From Bacteroidaceae bacterium (lineage in GTDB: Bacteria > Pseudomonadota > Alphaproteobacteria > RF32 > CAG-239), in contig CAVIDY010000008.1 in the NCBI GenBank assembly GCA_963641885.1, forward strand, positions 1,398 through 65,397: 64,000 bases of DNA. Reading direction: 5' to 3'. Shown piece after piece: positions 48,824 to 57,064 of the stretch. The notes below the pieces were generated by a model that ran no database searches, was not told the origin of the DNA, and saw only the letters and a program-made list of their open reading frames with translations. How positions within the stretch are numbered: the stretch's first letter is position 1; the number at the start of each line of letters is the position of its first letter. The position numbers and the translations under genes are program-made.

Positions 48824-49642
48824 TTATAGCCCGATAAGCACTACTTTGTGGATTTTTGCAATATTGCTGATAGTAAACAGTATTTTTTCTTCAGGATTGC
48901 AGCGCAAACCATATAATTGTCCGCGTTCGTCCGTATAGAGCCTAACCAGTTTTGCTTCGGCTTTGTTAAAAAAGTAGAGCGCTAAATCGCCTGAACCGAC
49001 AAGCTCGGATTTGTCAATATAAAGTATGGCTTTGTCGGATAAATCCAGTCCGACGCATTTAGCGTTAAGTTTAACCGCATAAACCGAATGCTTGTTTTGC
49101 AAGGCAATGGGGCAGGATATCAATCTTAGGATTGTGGATTTACTGATAAGCAAGTTTCCGTCAGCAGTGGTTGAGCCAAAAAGCGGAATTGTGCTAATTG
49201 TATGCGCAAGATCAGAATTTGTTGTCAGATTTGCACTTTTGAGTGCGTCAACCAAAGAGTTTGCTAATTTTTCGGCAAATTCGTTGCCGATAGCCAGCTC
49301 GCCGACTGTTACGTTTATGTTGTGCTTTTTGTGATGTGTTTCTGCTGATTTTTTTTCTTCTTCAATGTTTTTAGTAATCTGATTAAGCGTTTCGTCCGAA
49401 ATTGTATCGTCATCTTCAAGTTCTTTTATATGTTCCAGCAAAACTTTTCCGCCAGGCATATTGACCAGCAGTTTTTTTATTTTGTCATTCATCTGCAAAA
49501 GAGATTGGTCAAATTCCGCTCTCTTTTCAGCATTGAAAATATGAATTTGATGAAAAATATTTAGATAGCGCTGAGCATCAAGAATCGGATATTCTTCATC
49601 TTTTTCGCTGGCAACATCATTTTCTCTTATTACGTCTGACAC
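48824..49642 (-). CDS. chimeric 272-aa protein: N-domain of the 816-aa protein fused to an S24-like C-domain of the XRE regulator
   Basis: N-terminus: PILDAQRYLNIFHQIHIFN...MPGGKVLLEHIKE. C-terminus: PLFGSTTADGN...GQLYGLRCNPEE...KIHKVVLIGL, versus LPVFGTSNAEGN...GQLYGLRWNPDE...KIHKVVAINL in the regulator. Confidence 0.65.
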   Translation of the reverse strand: MSDVIRENDVASEKDEEYPILDAQRYLNIFHQIHIFNAEKRAEFDQSLLQMNDKIKKLLVNMPGGKVLLEHIKELEDDDTISDETLNQITKNIEEEKKSAETHHKKHNINVTVGELAIGNEFAEKLANSLVDALKSANLTTNSDLAHTISTIPLFGSTTADGNLLISKSTILRLISCPIALQNKHSVYAVKLNAKCVGLDLSDKAILYIDKSELVGSGDLALYFFNKAEAKLVRLYTDERGQLYGLRCNPEEKILFTISNIAKIHKVVLIGL

Positions 49643-49686
49643 TATAAAACCTGTTTAAAAAAATTTACTCCCGCTTTATAAAAACG

Positions 49687-49714
49687 AGAGAGTAAATTCT
49701 TTATTAAAATATAG
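49687..49714 (-). promoter_or_regulatory. conserved 28-bp upstream element, copy 1
   Basis: AGAGAGTAAATTCTTTATTAAAATATAG on the plus strand. Lies 45-72 nt upstream of the GTG of the 272-aa gene. Confidence 0.35.
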
Positions 49715-49730
49715 CGAATATTCAAAAAAA

Positions 49731-50720
49731 TTATAAGTTGATAGCCACAACCTTATGAATTTTTGTTAAATCGCTGTTGCTGAAATTTGTCCGTTCATCA
49801 GGATTCCAACGCAAGCCGTAAAGCTGACCGTTTTCATCTTCGCGAACGCTGATTAGCATAGCTTCGGTTTCGCTGATGTAATATAAGGCAATGTCGCCGG
49901 CGCTGACAACTTCTGTTTTATCTATAAACAAAATAGCGCGGCTCGGCAAAAGCGAACCCAAACGGCGGGTGCACAAATTTACGGCATAAGCTTCCGGTTT
50001 GTTTTGCAGCTGCACTGGGCAAACAACTTCTTTTACGGCATTGGCGCGGTCAATGACAATATTGCCTTCGGCGTTGCTGGTGCCAAAAACAGGCAGCATA
50101 GCCGTTTCATCGTCATCGGCAGTTTGCGCGGCAACATTAGAATATCTGGAGTTGTTTAAAAGTTTATAGCGGGTTTCATTGTGTTCGATAATATCTTCTA
50201 AAACGCCTTCATTTTCCAGCTTTTTGATTTCGGCTTTCAATTTGTCGAGAGGCATAGAAAAAGCTTTGGCGATGTTTTGATATTCTTTGTCAGAAACTTC
50301 TCTTTGTCCCATTTCTATACGGTGATAAACCGACAGAGTCATATCAGCGCTTTCGGCAACTTCAATTAAGGTCAAACCTTTGTCAGTGCGAATGTGGCGC
50401 AAACCAGCACCCAAAGTTTTCAAACCAGCATTTTGGTTGATTTTGCAGCGTCTTTCCTGTTCGCGTTTCCAAGCTTGAACAACATCTTGCTGTGAATTTT
50501 GTTCATTAACGTATAAATCTTGCAGCGAGCAGTCAATAAGTTCGGCAACCTGAATCAGCTGTTCTTGATTGAGACGGCGGTAACCTTTTTCAATTTTAGA
50601 AATAGCCGACAAGCTGACTCCCAAATGATCAGCCAATTCTTGCATAGACATACCGCGCAATCTTCTGTGCATTCTGATTTGATTAGGGAAAATAATTTCT
50701 TCCATATCATCTTTCTCCAT
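49731..50720 (-). CDS. transcriptional regulator with two XRE-type HTH domains and a C-terminal S24/LexA-like beta-barrel domain
   Basis: HTH 1: IRMHRRLRGMSMQELADHLGVSLSAISKIEKG. HTH 2: LRHIRTDKGLTLIEVAESADMTLSVYHRIEMG. The C-domain follows the S24 pattern. Confidence 0.75.
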   Translation of the reverse strand: MEKDDMEEIIFPNQIRMHRRLRGMSMQELADHLGVSLSAISKIEKGYRRLNQEQLIQVAELIDCSLQDLYVNEQNSQQDVVQAWKREQERRCKINQNAGLKTLGAGLRHIRTDKGLTLIEVAESADMTLSVYHRIEMGQREVSDKEYQNIAKAFSMPLDKLKAEIKKLENEGVLEDIIEHNETRYKLLNNSRYSNVAAQTADDDETAMLPVFGTSNAEGNIVIDRANAVKEVVCPVQLQNKPEAYAVNLCTRRLGSLLPSRAILFIDKTEVVSAGDIALYYISETEAMLISVREDENGQLYGLRWNPDERTNFSNSDLTKIHKVVAINL

Positions 50721-50851
50721 AAATAATAGCTATTGCTCATAATATGGTGAAGTTTGAAAAAAGCAAGACAAAAAAAATAGTTATGTACAATCCCTTTTGG
50801 AAAAACAAAGTTAAACACCTTGTTTCGGCTGCTCTCAGCAACATAAAAACA

Positions 50852-50901
50852 CTTCGGCAAATGTCTAAATTTTTGTAAAATTTTTAGCGATATTTGCCGA
50901 A
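50852..50901 (-). terminator. 10-bp perfect inverted repeat (TTCGGCAAAT ... ATTTGCCGAA), possible terminator or operator
   Basis: Starts 2 nt after the stop of the 1083-aa gene. On the minus strand a U-rich stretch (GTGTTTTTAT) follows. The loop is long (30 nt), so the function is uncertain. Confidence 0.35.
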
Positions 50902-50902
50902 A

Positions 50903-53900
50903 CTATTTAGAGTCTTTATCTTTAACATCTTTACCAGCTAAAATGTCTTTCATTTCTTCGGCTGTAAGTACGGTTTTGTGCAAACCTTTTTTCAGTTTTT
51001 CATCTTGCAGCTGGTTAAGGTGTTCTTGGAACTCTTTGGCGTTGAAACCAGCCATGGCTTTTTGCGCGTCCATACCATAGCCCCAAGCTCCGTTTTCATC
51101 TAAAGGCTGAGAAATTCGGCTGCGGCTGTGGGCTTCATCAGTAAAGCTGTATTTTATAGTTTTAATAAAAGTTCCATCAGTCTGTTTAGCAAAAGATGTG
51201 GTTTTGCTTTGCACGCCGTTGCTCTTCTGCATTGTGATGTTGCCGTTGATGTCAGTGGTTTTATTTTCTATAATCATCTGACCATTATCCATTGAGGCGC
51301 GTATTTCCTGTTTGCTGCCGTTATTGTTGATTTGCTGAATAGTGACGCTGCCGTCCTTATTCATTGTAACTTTGCGGTCTTTGAAACGGCTGTCAAGGTT
51401 TTGACCACGAGCTTTTAAGTGCAGAGCCGCCATCGCAGCCAGGGCGTCGGCTTTGTTTTCGGCGCTGACGCCGTTCATAATTTGATTATAGGCGTGCATA
51501 TTGGTTGAACCGTCTTTGTTAATTAAATATTTTGAGCTTACGTTTTTGAACTGCACATCGCTGCCAATTACTTTACCGTTAGCGTCAACCATGGTGCGTT
51601 TGCTCATAAAGGTGTCATTGGTAGTTTGTACGCTGCCTTTGTGGCTTTCAGTTACCATATCCGTATCTTTGGCGCGTTTATATTTAAGTATATTGCCGTT
51701 TTGGTCGGTAACTAAAACGCTGCTGCCGTCTTTTGAGGTATATTTAACAGTGCCGTCATCCTGAACGGATTTGGTCATTTGCTCATATTTGGCAAACGCA
51801 CCTTTACCGCTGGTTCTGACTGCGAATGTCTGCTCGCCGTTAGCATCAGTCATTGGCTTAAATGCTTTATCGGCAACAGTTTTTTGATGCGTTTCTTTGG
51901 TTTGCGTCCACACGCCGTTAGCGTCCTTGGTAACGGTGCGGGTTTGTGTAAACCCTGGGAGACCCTTGAAACGAGCCTGATAGCCAATTACATTGCCGTC
52001 GGCGTCGCGGAGCTTGCGTCCGCCGAGAGCAACCAAAGCCATGCCTTTTAGCTGATTCTTTTTGCTGCGCACCCAGTTGCCAGCAAGCGAGTTTGTGGCT
52101 TCACCAACAGCTTCCGCACCTTTCTTGGCGATATGACCTGCGCCTTTGGCTATCGGCTTAGCGGCGGAAGCAACCGCACCGCCGACCATGCGACCGATAC
52201 CTTGGCGACCAAAGTCGGCTCCGGTTGCAAATTTGCTTGCCATAGACGGAACTTCATCAATAAAGCATACAAACAAGAATATAAAGGCAAAGATTTTGAA
52301 AAATCCGACCCCCCACCAAGCAAGCCCGTTTGCTTTGAAAGCGGTGATTAGCAATACAGGGTCAAAAGTGGAGAGCGATTCATCGGTTAGCCCAATCCAC
52401 TCTTTGAACATAGAGGTTAAAATAAACATCAGCACGGCTAAGAATATCAGGTTGAACATGGCGTTCATAAAGAAGTTCCAAATAATGCCAAGGTATTTAG
52501 CCGTTGATTTGAAGGCAAAAGCGGCTATAGAGCACGGAATCATCGCCGCGGCAATGCACAGCTGCAAAATGCAGTCTATCAGACACCATGGGAAGGCAAA
52601 GAGCAAAAAGACGCCGACCAGCCATAATCCCATGCCGGACAGAAAGTAGCCAAGGTGCGGGATAACGCCGTCCCACAAGGCCTTGTCATGAAAAGCGTAG
52701 CAGGTGGAATAGTTACCGAGCGCCAAGAGAACACCGACGCTGTCTTCCAAATTTTTGATAGTGCAGATGATTGATTGTCCAAGGTTGCGAGGCAAACCGC
52801 CTTGAGAAGTTTCTTGCATGCCTTTGTCGGTGTCATAGCCGACAATTCCCCCCATATAGTCGGCGGAACTGTCGCAGTTGGAGTTAGGGTTGAGCATGTT
52901 GGCAAAAGTCAAGCCAGTTTGCATTACAGGGGTTAAAGTTAAGTCCATTACCTGATACAGCGCGCCTGATAAAATATATACAACAATGGCGACGCGTGCG
53001 CCCTGCAGAAATATGCCTTTCAGCAAATCTCCAGGGGAGGCGCCTTGGAACGAAGAAATTTGTTTTAAAATATAAATGGCTAGCCAAATTAAAAAGCCGA
53101 TAAGCACAAGGTTTTTGCTGGGAGCCGCTAATTTGCTGATGGCGGTTTGCGCAAGGTTGCTGGCAGCGTTGAAAATTGTTTTGAAAATACCGCAAGTGGT
53201 GCAGGTTTGCTTATCCAAATAATCTGAAAGTATGCAAGATGATTCTCCGCTGCCGTCAACAAATTCTTCACCATTCGGAGCGCCTGGTCCAACAGGCATA
53301 CTGGCATCATCAACTTCGTTGCCGGAAGCCGAATTGCCGTCACTGAAGCTTTGCATACCACCTATGCAAGATTTTGTGCTGGTAGGGCAGCTGCCGCAAA
53401 GGGCTTGCAGGTTACCGCAAGACGCTTGCATGGTTTGACTGTTGCCTACATAAGTTGAACTTGCGGACATTGCGCTATTAACAACTTCAAAGTGCAGGTG
53501 GATTGCATAGTAACGGGAGCAGTTTTTAGCCTGAAGTGGGTTATCGCAGACTGGACCGGAGCGGCTGGAAGCATTAGAGCCGCCGACAACACCGATTGCT
53601 TGGTCTTTTTTTACTTCGCCGCTGCATTTAGTCTGCTTAAATAAATGGCGGTAAATGGTGGAGTAATATTGTCCATTTTTGCCTGCTCCGTCACAGTGTT
53701 TGGTGTGACGGATAACGGTTGTACGTCCGCCGCCAGTGGATATGGAGCAACCCATAACAACGCCGTCAGCTGCGGCATAGGCAAGCACGTTAGTTTTTTT
53801 GCCAGTACCTAAATCGCTTCCGTAGTGGTTTCGAGTGGAGGAACGGGCACCTTCGCGGTTATAGGAGCCGACACTGCTGACGGGAACAGAGTTGAAACAC

Positions 53901-54154
53901 CCGCCGCTGGTTTGGTCGGCAACACATTTTGCTTTAACTTGTTGGGAAGCGCTGCCGACTAAGGAACCGCTTGAAGTTTTGTTTGGTGAGCAGCCGCCCT
54001 GCGATTCACTGTTGGTTGCGGCGCTGCATTTAGGAGTAACGCCGTTGCAGCTGGAAAAAGCCGGAGCCGCAGACAAAGCAAAGCAGCCTGCACTTAAACA
54101 AAGTATCAGCAGGTTTGTTGAAAATTTTTGTAAAAATGTTTGCCGCTTTTTCAT
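50903..54154 (-). CDS. M23 (LytM-type) metallopeptidase head + TrbL/VirB6-like polytopic module + ~400-aa hydrophilic C-terminal extension
   Basis: Signal peptide. HYGSD (HxxxD) and HLHFE (HxH) zinc ligands. CTTCGIF motif. VirB6-like blocks (LIGFLIWLAIYILKQI...; LIDCILQLCIAAAMIPCSIAAFAFKST). Confidence 0.65.
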   Translation of the reverse strand: MKKRQTFLQKFSTNLLILCLSAGCFALSAAPAFSSCNGVTPKCSAATNSESQGGCSPNKTSSGSLVGSASQQVKAKCVADQTSGGCFNSVPVSSVGSYNREGARSSTRNHYGSDLGTGKKTNVLAYAAADGVVMGCSISTGGGRTTVIRHTKHCDGAGKNGQYYSTIYRHLFKQTKCSGEVKKDQAIGVVGGSNASSRSGPVCDNPLQAKNCSRYYAIHLHFEVVNSAMSASSTYVGNSQTMQASCGNLQALCGSCPTSTKSCIGGMQSFSDGNSASGNEVDDASMPVGPGAPNGEEFVDGSGESSCILSDYLDKQTCTTCGIFKTIFNAASNLAQTAISKLAAPSKNLVLIGFLIWLAIYILKQISSFQGASPGDLLKGIFLQGARVAIVVYILSGALYQVMDLTLTPVMQTGLTFANMLNPNSNCDSSADYMGGIVGYDTDKGMQETSQGGLPRNLGQSIICTIKNLEDSVGVLLALGNYSTCYAFHDKALWDGVIPHLGYFLSGMGLWLVGVFLLFAFPWCLIDCILQLCIAAAMIPCSIAAFAFKSTAKYLGIIWNFFMNAMFNLIFLAVLMFILTSMFKEWIGLTDESLSTFDPVLLITAFKANGLAWWGVGFFKIFAFIFLFVCFIDEVPSMASKFATGADFGRQGIGRMVGGAVASAAKPIAKGAGHIAKKGAEAVGEATNSLAGNWVRSKKNQLKGMALVALGGRKLRDADGNVIGYQARFKGLPGFTQTRTVTKDANGVWTQTKETHQKTVADKAFKPMTDANGEQTFAVRTSGKGAFAKYEQMTKSVQDDGTVKYTSKDGSSVLVTDQNGNILKYKRAKDTDMVTESHKGSVQTTNDTFMSKRTMVDANGKVIGSDVQFKNVSSKYLINKDGSTNMHAYNQIMNGVSAENKADALAAMAALHLKARGQNLDSRFKDRKVTMNKDGSVTIQQINNNGSKQEIRASMDNGQMIIENKTTDINGNITMQKSNGVQSKTTSFAKQTDGTFIKTIKYSFTDEAHSRSRISQPLDENGAWGYGMDAQKAMAGFNAKEFQEHLNQLQDEKLKKGLHKTVLTAEEMKDILAGKDVKDKDSK

Positions 54155-54174
54155 TTATTCCTCTTTTTCTGCCA

Positions 54175-56475
54175 TTAGTTAGAACTGTTGTTTCTTTCTT
54201 GCTCGCTTTGGTATTCTGCATCTAGCTGACGCTGATAATCACTGTCATCATAGCCTTTGTTCTTTTGTTTTTGGCGTTGTCTATAGTATTGCTGCGGTTT
54301 CTTTTGCATGCTCTTGCCAAGACTTTGCAGAAAACCTCCGGCTATGCCCATTCCGGCGTTGGCGGTTTCGGTTGCAGTGCCGCGGACGCTGCGGATAACC
54401 ACTTGACCGCTCTTTTTCAAAACCAATTTACCTTTATCTTTTAGCGTTTCTGCATTTTTCCAATCTTGAGAGCCTTGCCGAGCCAGTTGTTTTATGGTTC
54501 TGTAGGCTTGCTGCGGATGGCGGACAGCCTTAAAAGCGTTGCCGATTGTCAAACTGTGACCAGTAGGGCGGGAATAGCTTTTGAATTGCTGCCATTTGGT
54601 TTGCGGTAATTCTGCGGATTGAGCATTTTCAGACTGTGTTTCTCTGGTGTTGGAATTTTTAGAGCCAGTTACTCTGTTGTCTGTTGTTTGCGGAGTACCG
54701 CTGTTATCAGCTGTCGGCTGACCGCCACTTTCCGAATCGTTATTTATAGGGGTATCCGGCGTATCGTTGGTGTTATCAGGCATATCATTGTTACCTGCAG
54801 TGTCGTCGGCATTGTTTGTCGGAAACGGGGTCGCTCCGCCGGAAGGCGAAGTTTGCGGATTGGTTCCGCCTTGCGCAGGAGCAGCGCCGCCGCCAAATTT
54901 TTTGTTAGCCAGTTTATTGCCAAGTTTTTCTATGCCTTTTCCACCTTGAGTTAAAGCGACGTCTCTGGCAAAACGACCGATAGGATTAACAACGCTTTTT
55001 TTAATTTGACCAACGGCTTGAGTGCCGAGATGGTGCATAGCGGTATCGGCAGAGCCAAGCGCACCGTCGCCAAAGAAAGTGGAAAGATAGTTTTGAATGC
55101 TTGACGATAGAATTTTGAAACCAAAAATCAACGCGAACAGAATGATTAGAATGTTAACCGAGCTTAAATCGTAGGATTCACTGAATTTTTCCATGCTGTT
55201 CGCGTATTTGCCGGAGTTAAGAGTTAGCCAAGTTTTAGCGGTGTTTGCCAAACCATCGCCCAAACCATTATCTGTCGCACCCATAATCATCCAAAATTCA
55301 TCATCTTTTACCATGCCAAGGCTGGCGTCAACTAATTTTACCGCATAGGCAGTACCGATGGAAACAAAGGCAAACAGCATAGCGTTATAGATGACGATGG
55401 CAATGTTTTCGGACAATTTACTTTGGGTTGGAGGAAACGGCCAAAGCGAAATAGACAGCGGCAAAAGCAAAGTGGCAAAGCCAAGCTTGAAAGAAATATC
55501 TATAAAATACATACCAATCGACATGCACATAAAGAAGCCGGTGAGGTAAATTAAGAGACCGGAAATAAAGTAGTTAAGCAGCGGTACAACTACCGTGCAG
55601 CTGACTAATGATTTGACTGCGGCGGAAAAACCAGCACCGCCGTCCAAGCAGATAGGAGAAACTTTGGTCGAAAAGCACATCAAAGCGTGTCCGCGGGCAA
55701 ACAGCACGCTAAGTGACTGATAAATCAGCGCCATCATATCTTTGAGGTCTATTAAAATATCTTCGGCAAACAGGCGGTGTTTCATTATTTCATTGTTGAC
55801 AATTTGACCGTTTTTCTCTGCAGCGCTTTGGCAATCGGAAGGTAAAACATACATATTTTCAGGATCGTTGGCTAAATCGTAGTCGCTGGAGCTGCCGCCA
55901 CTAAGAGCGCCTCCGCCGCCAGCAAGGGAAGTGCTGCTATGCCAGGTTTTAAGCGCGCTTAAACCAACACCGTAGACAATTTTATGGTTTCCGACAACTT
56001 TATAGTTTCTGCCTCTTGCCCAAGCCGGAGCTTTACCTTTTTTATCCATCCAGGTTGCATAATAAAAAGTGGCGCCGTTGGTAACATCTTTCAGGCTTCC
56101 GGCAATGGCTTGCCGCGCTATTTCCAAGCATTTTTTCCAGGCCCGAGCATTAGCGCTGTTTAGTTTGCTTGCCCAGCTTTCTATGTTTTGAACAGTCCAG
56201 TTTCTCTTATCATTCCAAAATGAAAATTGGTATCTTGCCAAGCAGACGTCAGATAGTTTTACCGTTTGTCCGCCTTTAGCGTGAGCCTGATAATAGTTGC
56301 GGCGGTTCATAATCACGCTGGCAACGGTTTGCATGCCGGTGACGCCTTCGCCGCCAGCTTCGCCGAACAATGTGGCGGTTAAATAAGCTTCTTCATATGA
56401 CAAAGTAAAAGCAGTGCTTGTGTAAAGCAGCAAACTTGCGAGGGTTATAAGTATGTATTTCTTAAACTTTTTCAT
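54175..56475 (-). CDS. SleB/CwlJ-type cell wall hydrolase head + C-terminal half of a TrbL/VirB6-like module + low-complexity tail
   Basis: Signal peptide. LFGEAGGEG...VASVIMNR...YQFSFW...GATFYYATW...VGNHKIVYG (Hydrolase_2 pattern). TM block YFIDISFKLGFATLLLPLSISLWPFPPT. Confidence 0.65.
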   Translation of the reverse strand: MKKFKKYILITLASLLLYTSTAFTLSYEEAYLTATLFGEAGGEGVTGMQTVASVIMNRRNYYQAHAKGGQTVKLSDVCLARYQFSFWNDKRNWTVQNIESWASKLNSANARAWKKCLEIARQAIAGSLKDVTNGATFYYATWMDKKGKAPAWARGRNYKVVGNHKIVYGVGLSALKTWHSSTSLAGGGGALSGGSSSDYDLANDPENMYVLPSDCQSAAEKNGQIVNNEIMKHRLFAEDILIDLKDMMALIYQSLSVLFARGHALMCFSTKVSPICLDGGAGFSAAVKSLVSCTVVVPLLNYFISGLLIYLTGFFMCMSIGMYFIDISFKLGFATLLLPLSISLWPFPPTQSKLSENIAIVIYNAMLFAFVSIGTAYAVKLVDASLGMVKDDEFWMIMGATDNGLGDGLANTAKTWLTLNSGKYANSMEKFSESYDLSSVNILIILFALIFGFKILSSSIQNYLSTFFGDGALGSADTAMHHLGTQAVGQIKKSVVNPIGRFARDVALTQGGKGIEKLGNKLANKKFGGGAAPAQGGTNPQTSPSGGATPFPTNNADDTAGNNDMPDNTNDTPDTPINNDSESGGQPTADNSGTPQTTDNRVTGSKNSNTRETQSENAQSAELPQTKWQQFKSYSRPTGHSLTIGNAFKAVRHPQQAYRTIKQLARQGSQDWKNAETLKDKGKLVLKKSGQVVIRSVRGTATETANAGMGIAGGFLQSLGKSMQKKPQQYYRQRQKQKNKGYDDSDYQRQLDAEYQSEQERNNSSN

Positions 56476-56488
56476 GATAACCGCCTTT

Positions 56489-57064
56489 TTAACCGCTTGC
56501 CGCTCCGTTTTGCGCCAACATTTCCGTTAAAATTGATTTGCCAATTCCGGTACCGGTTGAAACAATCGGGTTCAAAATGTAGTTGGTGATAAAATCTGTG
56601 CCCATTTCCAGCGCGTAATAGGCAAACGCACACTTAAAGCCCATCATAAAAATTTCTTGTAGCATTTTTCCGGGGGTTATTCCACCCATGGAACTAAGCT
56701 GTTGCAAAAGAAAAATTCCCAGCCAAATTAAAAAGCCCCATTTAAGAATAACTTTGCCTAAACTCTGCGTGGTGGGAATTGAACTTTCCGCCGCCTGCAA
56801 AAAAGCATCGGTCATCAAGGTAACAATACGGCAATACCAGCAGTTTTGCGCATCTTTGGCATTATACATCGAATCCATGGCTTTTTTGGTGCAAGTTCCC
56901 GTAACTTCCGCATTTTCTGCGGTTTTGTCTGCGTTAGTGGCAGCGGTTTTGCTAGCATTATCATCGGCAGCGGCATAGCTTAAATTTGCGCTGGCAAAGC
57001 TGAAGCACAGTGTGAAAATAAGTAAATATAAAAAACTTTTAGAGAGATTAACTATCTTTTTCAT
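56489..57064 (-). CDS. 191-aa protein equal to the N-terminal half of a TrbL/VirB6-like module
   Basis: Signal peptide, CWYC motif, LKWGFLIWLGIFLLQQLSSMGGITPGKMLQEIFMMGFKCAFAYYAL and YILNPIVSTGTGIG. It stops in the loop where the paralogs continue. Confidence 0.55.
   Translation of the reverse strand: MKKIVNLSKSFLYLLIFTLCFSFASANLSYAAADDNASKTAATNADKTAENAEVTGTCTKKAMDSMYNAKDAQNCWYCRIVTLMTDAFLQAAESSIPTTQSLGKVILKWGFLIWLGIFLLQQLSSMGGITPGKMLQEIFMMGFKCAFAYYALEMGTDFITNYILNPIVSTGTGIGKSILTEMLAQNGAASG

Noticed and set aside
49731-50108. Predicting RecA-dependent self-cleavage of the regulator.
   Set aside because: Manual alignment suggests the catalytic Lys is missing. I could not place an Ala-Gly cleavage site between the second HTH and the S24-like domain.
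43741-50720. Filamentous-prophage remnant, since a secretin plus an XRE repressor resembles pIV plus a regulator.
   Set aside because: There is no Zot/pI-like ATPase, no replication initiator, no small coat-protein genes and no integrase. The secretin-like protein is a lipoprotein in a three-gene operon.
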